Origin: the human T2T-CHM13v2.0 reference genome, Homo sapiens
Assembly (NCBI RefSeq): GCF_009914755.1
Contig: NC_060942.1
Length of the DNA stretch: 64,000 nt
Direction: 5' to 3' (one strand)
This document shows, in pieces, positions 1 to 12,110 of the stretch. The notes below the pieces were generated by a model. The model was not told the DNA's origin. It saw nothing but the letters and a program-made list of their open reading frames with translations, and searched no databases. Each line of letters begins with the position of its first letter. The stretch's first letter is position 1. The translations under genes and the position numbers were made by a program.

Positions 1-29
1 CATCCCAATGAATAAATCTCTTAAACCAC

Positions 30-2350
30 TTTTATTGTATTATTGCACTGACCAGAAACTTCAGTGCAGTGTGGAATACAGTTAGTGGTGGTGGACATCC
101 TTTTCTTTTTCCTATTTTTAGTATAATTGCTTCTAGCATTTCTCTATGAAGAATGAAAACATTTCTATTCTATTTTTTTGCTGAGAGTTTGGCCAGAGTT
201 AGATCTTTACTAAACCTCTTGAATTGATTACAAACTTGGTTAATTTAATATGTTAATGTGGTAAATGATATTTGTAGTTCTTCAAATAGGAAGCTACTTT
301 GCATTAGCAAGACAAAGAGAGCTTAGATAACATATACTTTCTTAATTATATAGTGCTAAATTTGTTTTGCTAATGTTGTGATTATGGTTTTTACATCGGT
401 GTTTTAGATGAGAATGCCTGTATTTTTTGTTTGTTTGCTTGTTTTTTATGTCAATGTATCAATATCCTATTAGAATGAATTCGAACATATTTTTTCTCTT
501 TCAATTTTCAGGAAGGTTTTGGTAGCATTCACCTGAATAAACATCTGGGCCTCCTTTTTACAGAATTTTTTAGAATCTAATGATTCAGTTGTAATTATTT
601 GTGCTGGACTTATTCAGGCTTCTTCTCTCACTCACTCAGTTGTTATGGGTTAATTTTTCTAATTTATGTGTTTACCACAACTTCCTGATGTAGTAACAAA
701 GTTATTCAGTGTTTTTTCAAGCTTTTTAAACCTGGCATATGTTGTGATGCTCCCATTTTAGTTTTAGTGTTTTCACCTAAAATGTTTTTCAATCAACAAC
801 TTCAGAGTACCAAGGTTTGGCGATGTTAAACCTCTTTATTGCGTTGTGATTTGTTATTGTATATTAATTTTAAGATTCATGCTTAGCTAATTTAACTTTT
901 AGCCTTTAAATATTTTATGAACATTTTAGGCTATAACATATCTGCATTCCACATTGTATATAGAGAATCTTTTCTGTTATGTTTCACTTATAAATGAATG
1001 AAAATATGAAAATTTACATTTTCATAACTGTTCAACTTATAATAGATTTAGAATGTTTTAAATGTACCAAGTGCATGGGGTTTACTGTGTTTTAGTTCAT
1101 ATTGGTCATTTGCATTAGTATTCTATTTAGTGATTGTAGGCTCTATGATACATCTTTGTAAATATATTTTACACATATGAGAACATGTGATTTGAAGGTT
1201 CAGATTCACATTATGTATGTAAAAGTCTATACGGGTGTAAATCAAGGTTAATTCAAATACTAATATTATTTTTGTGTATCAAAATTAAGAAAAACACTTG
1301 TAATATCTCATAGTGTTGGTGGATTTAGTTACACTAGTCTGAAATTTTCCAACACATTCAATAATTGCTTTAGCTATTTTAGGTTCTAAATTTTAAAAAT
1401 TTTCTTTATAAATTTAAAACTTTACTAAAATGCACTTATCCTCTTCACCCAAAATTCTGCTTTTGTTTCTTAAAATTTATGATTTCTAATATTAATATAA
1501 ATGTATAAAATCTGTTTTTTAAAAATGTTTTTCTTCCTTGTTTCTTTATGTTTTAGGTGTGTCTCTTATAAACAGCACAAATTGGATTTTGGCTGCTTCT
1601 TCTTCTTCTTTTCTTTTTTTTTTTTTTCAATAGAGTTTTGCCATGTTGCCCAGACTGGAGTGCAGTGGCCATTCACAGATACAATCATAGCACAATACAG
1701 TTTCAAACTCCTGGGCTTAAGTGATCCTCCCACCTCAGTCTTCTGTGTACCTGGGACTACAGGTGCATGCTACTGTGCCCAGCTCTGGATTTTGTTTTTT
1801 ATTCAATCTGATTTACTTAGTGATTTTATGTTTACATTTATTAGTTACTAGTTTTTCTACCAGCTTACTTTTTGCACCCTATTTTTTCTATTTTTCCTGG
1901 ACTTATTTTTTCTTTCTTGAGTTATATCTTATATTGTAAGGCGTGAGTTTGTTTCCTTGATTTTCTTCCTATTTTTCTTGCAAACTTTTGAATCGCTGTA
2001 ATGTATTTCTACATATTGTTGGTTACTCTTCAATTTTTACATGCATATTTACCTTACCAATTTGTAAAAATTGAACCCACCTTGGGCCCTCCCCCCAGGC
2101 TAAGATAGACTTTAGAGCCTTAGCTCACATCACCCTTTTCTGACTTACCTGGTTTCTTCCCTCATTTGGTTATTATATCGTTGTCAGTATCTCCTAATCG
2201 GACAGACTTGTAGTTATAAGCACTGTTTCTTTGCAGTTGTCTGCTGCTTTCCCAGTTTTTGTTTAACAATCCTTCTGTAAGCTCAGACATGTCTTCTGAG
2301 GTGATTTTTCTTCTTCTATAAAGATTCCAAGATGCATAGTTTGGGTTAGG
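30..2350 (-). mobile_element. Ancient, highly degraded L1 (L1ME/L1MC-type) fragment
   Basis: TTATTGCACTG..CAGTGCAGTGTGGAATA..GTGGACATCCTT and TTAGGTGTGTCTCTTATAAACAGCA resemble antisense L1M consensus; T-rich; boundaries approximate. Confidence 0.65.
1592..1783 (-). mobile_element. FAM (fossil Alu monomer) inserted in the L1M
   Basis: Single monomer with the 7SL-derived GGCCATTCACAGATACAATCATAGCAC segment; T/CTT tail; TSD TGGATTTTG at 1583-1591 and 1786-1794. Confidence 0.8.
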
Positions 2351-3992
2351 TCTTACATTTTCAACTTGGGGCCCTCTTTTCTTGAGAAATTGGAGCTATC
2401 CTAGGTAGTCACAGAGGCAGTTCATGGATGGGTGGGTTCAATCCCTATTCCAAGGGTGCATTTATGTCCCCTGTGTAGGAAACAGATGCTGTATTAACAG
2501 GCTGTAAACTGCAGTTTTTCATTTTACTATGAGCATAAGACTGTCATTGTTTCTTTCACTTTTTAAGAAATTCTCATGTTTTTAATTTTCTCCTTTTACA
2601 TTTCATTTAACTTTGCTATGTGTCTGGAATGATGCATGCGGATTGTGGTCATAAACAGAAACTTGTATCACCTCTATAAGTAGTCCAGTACAGCTTTAGA
2701 GTACACTTTTTATTATTTGCAGACACCATAATAAAACAGTATTTATTATTTTAAACACAGAAACAATAACATTTTGGTTAAAAAATGAGCAGTATACAAG
2801 AGAATTAGTAGATCCAGAAAAATCCAAAAAGAAGAGAGTTGGGGAATATTTTCATCTCACTCACACAAGAAAAGATTATCTCCATAAATGGTTCATAACA
2901 CCTATTTTCTGTTTATTTTCCAAGTTAATGTGGAAAAAATAAAGAAATTATCATACATTATAGAATATTCTTCTAATAAAACTTCAATTTTATTATGATG
3001 AGGTTTCATGTTTAGTGGTTACTTCAGCAAATAAGACTTCTAGTTTTTGAAAATCATATATTGGTAAAATTTTAAAGTGTGTATAAGTTTGATATAAAAA
3101 TAAATTTAGGCTTTATAAGTCCAATTATAAAATGTATTTTTACATATGCACTGGAAAAATTGGCCTTCAGACTTTGAAAAACATATTATGCAGACTTTCT
3201 CATTCAAGGCTGTCTGTATTCTGCAGTATCTAATAGAAAAGTGTTTTCAGTTTAAAGCACAAGTGACCGCATGCCTTTCATAAGTTTAGGAAAGCTTGGG
3301 ATTCATCCTGTGTAATAATTAAAATGATAACCAAACTTCTTGGAAATCACATGGCCCTAAAATAAATTTACCTATTATGTAACAAATTTATATTATAATA
3401 TGCTTTAAACAATAGTTAGTATTTCCAGTACAACTTTTGTTCTTTCAGATGAGATTGTCAGGTACTGCTTACAGCTGTAGGTCCATTCCTTCTCATTTTT
3501 CTTATTTTTACAATGGACAAGCAACCATCAGGTGCCAGCTCTGAATCATGGAAGATTCAGAAAAATCCAATAGGGCAGAATATCCATGTAGCTTAACTTT
3601 ACTAGTGGTACACATGGGATGGGGTGAGGGAGCTTCCCTCTATTCTATACTCTAAGATATCCTATAAGCCCTTTCTCATGTCTTTGGTCTTGTGTACACT
3701 TCCGAGACCAACTGCTATTGTATATGGGTGGAGCTATCTGAGGGTAGTAGCTGTGTTGTTTCCACGCAAAGAACTGTACTAATCAGCCCACCCTGTGCTG
3801 GTCTTGAGGGAGTTTGCAGTTTTTGAGGGGATCTACCATCTGGGCAAATGGAGATTTAAATGTGAGGGTGGCTGGAGATCTTTCTCCCATGCCAGGCACC
3901 TTGCGATGACTGTATTTCATTACTGATTCTTTTTAGATCTGTCTCTAATTATTGGGTTTGTTTCTCCTCTTTCATGTCTTGTTTTCTGCCTC

Positions 3993-4010
3993 TGTGTGTG
4001 TGTGTGTGTA
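3993..4010. repeat. (TG)n microsatellite
   Basis: About 8 TG units. Confidence 0.9.
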
Positions 4011-4480
4011 TGTTCTTATATTCACTTATAAATTGGCACCACCTGCATCATACCAGGTGTCCTCCACGTCAAGCCCTACAAAACCCCTTTACAGCCTCCT
4101 CTGAGATCTCAATGCCAGCCTGAAATCAGGCTGTCCTTCTACATTTGGGCTTCAGTTGTACCTCCCTGATTACATGCGGAGTCCTTGATTGTTACAACAA
4201 ACACCCATACTTCTATGAACTCCTTCTCTTGAAGTGCATATCCTCCAGTCATTGCTGTTAAGGAACTATATTAATAGTGACAGAGGCTTTAGATACTTCC
4301 TATAATAAATATATTTTTGGATTAAAAATCCACATTAATGCATTCTGTTATAAAATGTATTGCATTTTCTGGAAAAAAAAATCAATTTTACTTTGTTTGT
4401 ACTTATTTTTGTCCACTATCACTTTCAATTTACTCATCCAACAGTAATTCTGAAGTACATTCTTTCTAAAAAGTGTCGTG

Positions 4481-4514
4481 TAGGGACATCTAGTGGTCTT
4501 TCTGAAAGTTGCAA
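4481..4514 (-). promoter_or_regulatory. Candidate CTCF site (core plus upstream module)
   Basis: Minus strand reads TTGCAACTTT-N8-CCACTAGATGTCCCTA; consensus is CTGCAGTTCC-N8/9-CCASYAGRKGGCRS. Confidence 0.5.
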
Positions 4515-4827
4515 TTTTACTGTGTACATACTGGTCTCAATTCACAAGTGCTATACCATTGTTTATCATTATTAAGAGAGGAAAAACAAGCCTTTTACTC
4601 ACTTAATGAATAAAAAACTGTGTTCATAATGTCAAAGAAAAGAGCTTCAATCACTAAAACATAAAATATACTAAAAGTTGCTTATTGGAAATACAGTTTT
4701 TTATTATATTTCTACAAATTTCCGAATCAATGTTTAAGTGTCTTCTTATCTGACCTAGAACATGTCTATGCTAGGAATGTAAAATGCCTTCAAATGGGCA
4801 ATATTAGATAGCAATTTCAGCTATTAT

Positions 4828-5743
4828 TGAAATGGGAACGCTTCCCTAGTCCCCCTCGCAGGGCATGCGATAGGGGTGTGGCTGGCTGCTTCAGGGCCCC
4901 CCCGCTCAAACCTCTAGGGGAACATACAGACGGGCAGGCTGTGGGGCTCAGAACCCATGGCAGTGTCCAGGGGTGAATGTTTACAGCTGAAGTCCCAGTG
5001 GGCGTGTGTTACAGGGTGCTCTTTTAGTTTAGCTGTCTGTAGGCAGCTTGTGTGAACCAGCTCAATTAGACCCCGTTCCTTATCACAAGGACAGAGAGAT
5101 TTCTGTATCCTGGGTGTTTTTTGTTTGTTTGTTTGTTTTTTGCCTTGGTGTACCAAAAGAATCAGGTCATAAGTGGTCTTGCAGAACGAGTGCGAAGTTT
5201 TATTGAGTGGAAGTAGCTCTCAGCCAATGGGGGAGCCAGAAGGGAAGAAACACTCAGCCAATGGGGGAACCAGAGGGGAGATGGTTTTCCCCTGGAGTTG
5301 GGCCACAGGGTGCCTTTGGATCTCCTTTGACTACCCCAGCCAAACTCTGCCTCGTCCTGCTAGTCAGTGGCCTGTCAGTCAGTGGACTGCCAGTGTGACG
5401 GCGTCTGTCGGTGTGCTCTTCTGCCGGTGTGCTCCCTGAACGCCCTCTCGCCATCCACCCTCTTGTGCCTTCTGCTGATGTCTTCCTCTTGACATATGGC
5501 TGCCTATGTGTCTGCCCTCTAGGGTCTCAGTTTTTATAGGCCCAGCATAGGGACATGGAGGGTCAGGGTGGTCTTGGAAAATGCAACATTTGGGCACAAA
5601 AGCAGGAGTGTCTGTCCTCACGTTAGGTATGTGGGGGTGGAGCTTTAGCCAAGGGACCCTCCTTTCTCTACAAGCACTTCCCTGCCCCGCTTCCATGTCA
5701 TTGAAAGGGACCACACTCTTCCCTTCCTAGCTCTCCTATATCA
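4828..5743 (-). mobile_element. Solo LTR, LTR1 family (ERV1/HUERS-P2)
   Basis: Minus strand starts TGATATAGGAGAGCTAGGAAGGGAAGAGTGTGGTCCC and ends CCCATTTCA; TG..CA termini; 4-bp TSD TTAT/TCAT. Confidence 0.8.
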
Positions 5744-8129
5744 TCATAATTATCCATTGCAACTTGATACATGTTCTTAATACAGCCAATAAACATTAAG
5801 CCATTCATTTAATATTTTGAGTGAATTAATTTATACCAAATTGAATTTATATAGTAACGGAAAGTGAAGATTTTAAATCTTTCAAAGAAATATTTTGTGA
5901 CTCAAAAAAAATAAAATAAAATAAGAGAATATACTGAGAGAAATTTAAATGCAATTTCCATACTAGGTTTTAAGGAATGGAGGCAAATCTAAACTTCCGT
6001 GAAAAAGCATTAAATAACATTTTTTTCCAGTTACATAAATCATTATTTAATATGCCATTTTACCATTGTGACTTTACAAATTATTGAGAAAAACATCGTG
6101 CCAAAACAGTCTAAATACCAGTTTCAAATGTAATTAATAAAAAAGCAAAACTACCTATTTCATAATAATGTACTAATTAGTAGATTATGTTTAAATATAC
6201 TATTATTACAATACTACTTCTATCGATACTCAGTAGTATTGCAAAGGTAACTTTGATTAATTATATATTAATAAATGGCAACCCTACGAGGTGGATTTTA
6301 ACTCTACACAAGGCTTAATAGAACTCAGTGAGGTTTAATTACTAACTGAAAGTCACAGTAAGTTATGAAATAAAACTTAAATTTTAATTATTGCCGAGTT
6401 TTAGCCATACTAATTTTATTACATATTCTATCATTATTAAAACTGCAATTTATATTTTAAAGCAAAAGTTGTTGGCATAGTAATAATTTATATGTTGTCA
6501 TTTTATTTGAAATTAATTTTTGGCTAGCATCTTCAATTTATCAGTGGCTCATTTTGTAAATTTTAAAGCAAATGCAAGAAATTTGAAACTCACATGATTA
6601 AAAATGAAGATTGCCCAATATATGTTTTTCTCTCTAATAGGCTGATGTAACTAAGAGGCAGATTGAGAAAAATCTACATAACTTTTAGTCTACTATATTC
6701 TTAAGTTTTAATAAAATAAAAACAGGAAAAAAAAGAAGATGTCAAGTGCATTCTCCATCATCAATCCCCTAAATTATAGATGTGGGTATGAAAAAGTAGA
6801 GAACTGGGACGTCACGCCTGCTGTTCCTCTGGAGCCTCATAGTAAGTCACACAGAAAAATATATCTCTGCCCATCTTTTTACCTACAGTTATCTACCCAG
6901 ATGAAGAATATAAAAGGTAAGGAACAAAAAGTGGAAGAAAGAGAAAAATCTGCTTGCAGTGAATCTCTATGAAAAACATTTTATGTAGCAGCGTAAATAA
7001 CAACTCTGGTAGAAATGCAGTGAATATTACAGTTTTCTCAAGCTGTACTTGAGTAAGTAAGAGTGAGAAATATACTTTGCTGTATGCATGGGATTAAAAA
7101 GTAAGCTTTACTAAATGAGAGGTTTTACATAAAATTATAGGTGAAAAAAGATAGATATGGAAGTCAAACAAGGAATAATTAACATCTAAATAATTGTCTT
7201 GGATTGTTCCCCAGAAGAGTTAAGTAAATATATAATAGAAGAAAATATTTCTAGCTAAAGGAAAAAAATCTATGAATGCAGACAGATGTTCATATGTGCA
7301 GAGGCATAGCTTGCTGCCTTTAAATGGTCAAATGCTTATAGGTTCTTTCATTATATCTTAAGTGAACTGTTTAGTATATTAATCAACCAACATTCCTCAT
7401 TATTTAATATATGCTAATGGAGCAAATGAAGTTTGTTTTACATTAATATAAGTGATATCTTATCCAAAACATAGCAAAAGAATTTGAAGTTTGAACAGTT
7501 ATAAAGCACAAATTCATAACACATCTGAGTATATTTTAAAATAGGTGTCTCTTTACAGCACTTATTTGACTGTCATATTTCGGACATGCAGTGTGATATA
7601 TGTCAAAAATTAAGTAATGGTTACAGAAGTGTTAAATTATAAAAGTCCGTTTCTTTTGAAATCAGATTTTGGCTGACTTGCTGTTAATAATAAAGATGGA
7701 AAATATTTCTGCCTTAAAAACATTTACAAGAATTTTTCAATGAGTATGTGCTATCAAATGCTTGAAATAGTTTTAGATTTATTAAATATTACCACATATT
7801 ACAATTGCATTAATTTCCATGTTTTAAAACATTAAATACAATTATTTGATGTTAAAATATTGATTATTTAGAGTTCACATTATACATAATATAAAAGTCA
7901 CAATATTAAAAGGAGTTTGGATGGAATGGACTAGATATACATGATGATATATATATGGTATCAGAATGAGTACAATAAGAACATCATATCAAATGGCTGT
8001 AAAATTAACTTTTAATTGCAATTAATTTTTTAGAGAATTTTAGATAGCAATAATTTTTCAAACAGCCAGAATTATTTGTTTGAGTGTACAAAGATATCTA
8101 TATACTTATGGATTCTAAATAAGAAATAA

Positions 8130-8390
8130 ATGCATTCATCAACATTCATTATACCATTATTTATTGAGTTTTTCCACATGCCAGTCACTATTCAAAGCAT
8201 TGGGGATATAGCAGTGAACTCAATAGACAAAAACCTCCTGGTGTCCTGGAGTTTGGATTCTAGCAGAAAGATTCTTCCAGAGTGTTCCAGCCTCTAATCG
8301 GAATCTGACACACTGTTGATACTCACTAAAAACTGACTGACTGATTGATGATTGACAACTGCATGAATGAACAAATGAATGAGCGAAAGA
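8130..8390. mobile_element. L2 3' end fragments (both orientations)
   Basis: CATTCA..TATTTATTGAG..ATGCCAG..TGGGGATATAGCAGTGAAC, and a TGAATGAACAAATGAATGA tail. Confidence 0.6.
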
Positions 8391-8579
8391 ATCATCTCTG
8401 AGTTTTTTCCAGCCCTCTTTGTCTGTCAGGGATCATGTCTAATTCTGTACTCATTGATATCTAGCCTTTACCTCTTTCTTGCTTTTTGACATCGCTTTTT
8501 ATTAATATCCTATCACTCCAACCTGTTTAATGTCCTCTAGTGTATTGTTATATATGAAACAAATAAATAATGACATTCT

Positions 8580-8815
8580 AGAAAATAATAACAGCAATAA
8601 TACTAATGTCCAGCATTCGAGTCATTTCCCTTTGCCATGCAGTACTAAGTTCATTGTGTGCATAATCACATTTCACCATCATAATGACCTTACTGATCTC
8701 TTAATCTTATAAGTGGGGGTTCTGAGGTACAGTTAGTTATGAACTTTCCAAAATTTACATAATTACCATGTGACAGAGGAAGTACTCAAACCCAGTTTGA
8801 CCTTATACTGAACCC
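8580..8815 (-). mobile_element. MIR
   Basis: AATAATA..CTGAGG..GTTA..AACTTTCCAA..CTCAAACCCAG MIR core. Confidence 0.55.
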
Positions 8816-10289
8816 ACTGTTCAGGAAGTTCAATCCTAAATAGCTTCTTTAACACTTCGTATGTCTTATAATTGTGTTATAGCCAATGTGGTTAACAAAA
8901 ATTATAATTATGAATTTTATAACATATAATTCTATATTTGAAATTCATCGTTTTACTTAGGATCAATCTGATAAATATAATTCAACATTTATAATTATGT
9001 CACATATTTGTCCATAAAATCCCATGAATGTACAATCCAATAAGCTCAAATATATCTAAAAATTATATTCAATCTAATTAATATTTTAGTAGAATTTTAT
9101 CCTTCCATTTTATCCTTTAAAATATTTCAAGTGATGTAGTATTAATCTATTTCTTTTCATTTTTAGATGGTTTGAGGTTATCTGTTACTATCAGTCATAG
9201 AAAATTATTCATAACATGATGATTCTACTTAATAAGATGTAAAATATAATAAGAGGGTAAAAAATTTGCTTAAATGGATGTAAGACAATAATTTCATCTT
9301 ACCAGATTTGTTCAGTATTTAAACAAATTTCATATGAAACATGCCATTTTATTTTTAGGTACATAGAACAGTTTCTAAAACGAAAAGTATAATCCCACCA
9401 TCCAAAAGGAAAAATTAATTTATGTTGTATAATAGAAGAAAAATAATATCATAAATGTTATGTCACATATAAAATGATAAAAATGAGAAAATTAGATAAT
9501 TATTTTGTTAACTCATTTCAATTCTGACTTGGGAAGATGAAGACAAATACAGTTGTATTTATGTGCTGAAATATGTTGTTTTTTATATAACAGGTTATTA
9601 ATTGTACTTCTGAGAAACATTTTTGGTTTTCCAGTGAGACAGTGAACTACTTCCTTATGCCAGGAAAGTGTGACAACAAACCAATGTCATTTGTCTGCGG
9701 AACAGTAAATAATTAGGTCCAGAATGTGGCAATTTAGAATATTTCATATAGAGGTATCAGAAATATAAATGCTTTGTTAAAATGAAATGTTACTTCTTTA
9801 AAATTTAAGATTTTATGTCTACTAAAAGTTTCCTGAGTTGTCATTTTGTGATGTTTGGCTGTAGTTGTAACTTTAACAAATGGAAACTCTGGATCCTGAT
9901 TAACATAAATATTTTTCCCTGGGCTTATTTTTGTTTATATATTTCTGTTGTGACTATGCGACATATAAGCACTAGATCAGGACTATGAACTTGGAAGAAT
10001 TTTTTTTATTGCATCTCATTGACACCATATATTGTCATTTCTAAGGCTAATTTTAAGAATTACCATTCTTTAATGATAGAATTAGACAATAGTCTTTTGT
10101 GTGGGTGAAGTATTTTATTAACAACTTAGCAATAAAAATACATAATTATGTCCTGAGATAATTTTTGGTAGGATCAGGAAAGATATTCTGAATACAAGAT
10201 GGCATATTTGACAAGTATATCATGCAAGTGAACAGAAGGCTGGAAGTCAGATTGCTGGCCATAGAAAATAGTACTGACTTTGGAATTCT

Positions 10290-10400
10290 CTATGGCTGAG
10301 TGTTTAAAAGCACAAGCTCTAGAATCAGAAGGTTAGGGCTCAAATCTTGAATCAAACATCCGATAGCCATTTAATCTTGAGCAACGTATACCAAACTGAG
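10290..10400 (+). mobile_element. MIR 5' fragment
   Basis: GTGTTTAAAAGCACAAGCTCTAGAATCAGA..GGCTCAAATCTTG. Confidence 0.5.
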
Positions 10401-10764
10401 CAAGATAAAACTTCACAGTCATTGCACTCAATTTAACTTAACAGAATATTGCACCCATCCAAATAGAACAAATTCTTATAAAAATCAAAGATTACTAGTA
10501 TAGAAACCACAGCTAAAAACAAACAGAGTGGAAGAGCAGAACAGACACAATTGAAAACTAACCCGGGTATATCAAGCAGAGTAAATCTGGAGCACAGAAG
10601 AAGTTGTTAAAAATAGAAAACAGAAATATGACATCTGGCTTTCATAGAGTACTAGATGAGAAAAATGGAACAAACGCATTAAAATTATTATTTAATAAAA
10701 AAAAAAAAGAACAGGAAAAGAACCAGGTACCAAGTCAGAAGTGGCCCTCCTGCTTTATACCTAT

Positions 10765-11815
10765 TCATCAAGATTGTATTGGCTCTTCTTGGCATTATCA
10801 TGAGTATTTTAGAACCAGCTTCTACATTTTCCCCAAAAAAATGGTTTGGATTTCAAGTGGGACTGCATTATGGGATAAATCAATTTGGAGAGAATTGATA
10901 CATTTACAATGATCCCAATTTACAACACTTGAATCTTACAATCCATGAAGATGATGTATTCCTATATGAATTTAATTCATATTTAAAGGTTTATATTGTC
11001 AGTGGATAGCCCTTGCATATTTTTTGTTTTCTTAGAGATTTGATGCTTTGATGAAATTTTAAATAATTTAAAATTGCTCTAATTTGCTCTAATAGAGGAA
11101 TCAGTTATGTAATCATTTTATCCAGTGAACTTGATAAAATTGCTTATGATTTTTTAAAAATTAGAGGTTTTAATATGTTGTACATACACAATTGTATCTC
11201 TGCAAATAGTAACATTTTTCTTTTGAGCTATGATGCATCTATACTTTTATATATTTTTATATATTTTTCTTTATATTATCTCAAAATTTTCAAATTATTT
11301 GTTTTTTGTTTGCTTGTTTTTGTTATTTCATCTCTTTGGCTTACTTGTTTGGCTGTTTGCTTTATTTTTTTTTATTTGGTGGAAAAGAATGGAAGTCTAA
11401 AGCCTCTTTATTTTACTTTTTAACTTGAAAAATAATTTTGGTGGGTAAAAAATTTTATGTTGCAGGTTTTTTGTTGTTGTTAGCACTTTAAGGAAGCTGT
11501 TTCACTGTCTTTTAGTAACTGTGTCTTCTTTTGAGTACTCTACTATCAGTCTTGTTTTACTGCCTTTGAAGTTAATATGTCTTTTTTAAATGCTTTTAAG
11601 GTTATCATTGGTTTTTAACAGTTTCACAATGAGGTGCCTCAATTATCTTTGTACTTTTTCTAAGCGGGATTCTCTGAGATTCTTGTTGTCATCAGATTGG
11701 AAAAAATATCCATCAATATTTGTTCAAGTGTTGCGTCTGAACTCTTTCTCCTTTCCTTTAGAGATGCTGATCAAAATTATGTTAGAACTTTCCTTTCACT
11801 CCTGCCTTTCTCTTA
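10765..11815 (-). mobile_element. Ancient L1M fragments
   Basis: GGGACTGCATT..ATAAATCAATTTGGAGAGAATTGA..TTGAATCTT..AATCCATGAA is a typical antisense L1ME motif. Confidence 0.6.
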
Positions 11816-11817
11816 TT

Positions 11818-11892
11818 CTATCTATATATATCAATAGATATAATGTATATATGTGTGTGTGTGTGTATACACACATAAATTCATGTATATAA
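11818..11892. repeat. TA/TG compound microsatellite
   Basis: Alternating TA/TG/CA runs. Confidence 0.8.
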
Positions 11893-11954
11893 AAGAGAGG
11901 GGACAAGGGAGGGAGAGAAATATTAAGAAATAGAAGGTCTAGACTTAGACCTTC

Positions 11955-12110
11955 TTATGTATTATCTCACTTAGACTTACAACAAACTTGCAAAATAGGT
12001 ATTATTAACCACTTTTGACCGACAAAGAAATTTGAGGTTGTTAAAACCTCCTAGGCTTGTCTAATTATTATTGAGGAATCTGGGATTCAACCTAATACTT
12101 GTTGACAATT
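11955..12110 (-). mobile_element. MIR
   Basis: ATTATCTCACTTA..ACAACAAAC..TAGGTATTATTA..CTGGGATTCAACC. Confidence 0.6.

Noticed and set aside
3600-4260. GC-elevated block (similar one at 45960-46330)
   Set aside because: Probably a degraded old LTR, but I could not assign a family or function
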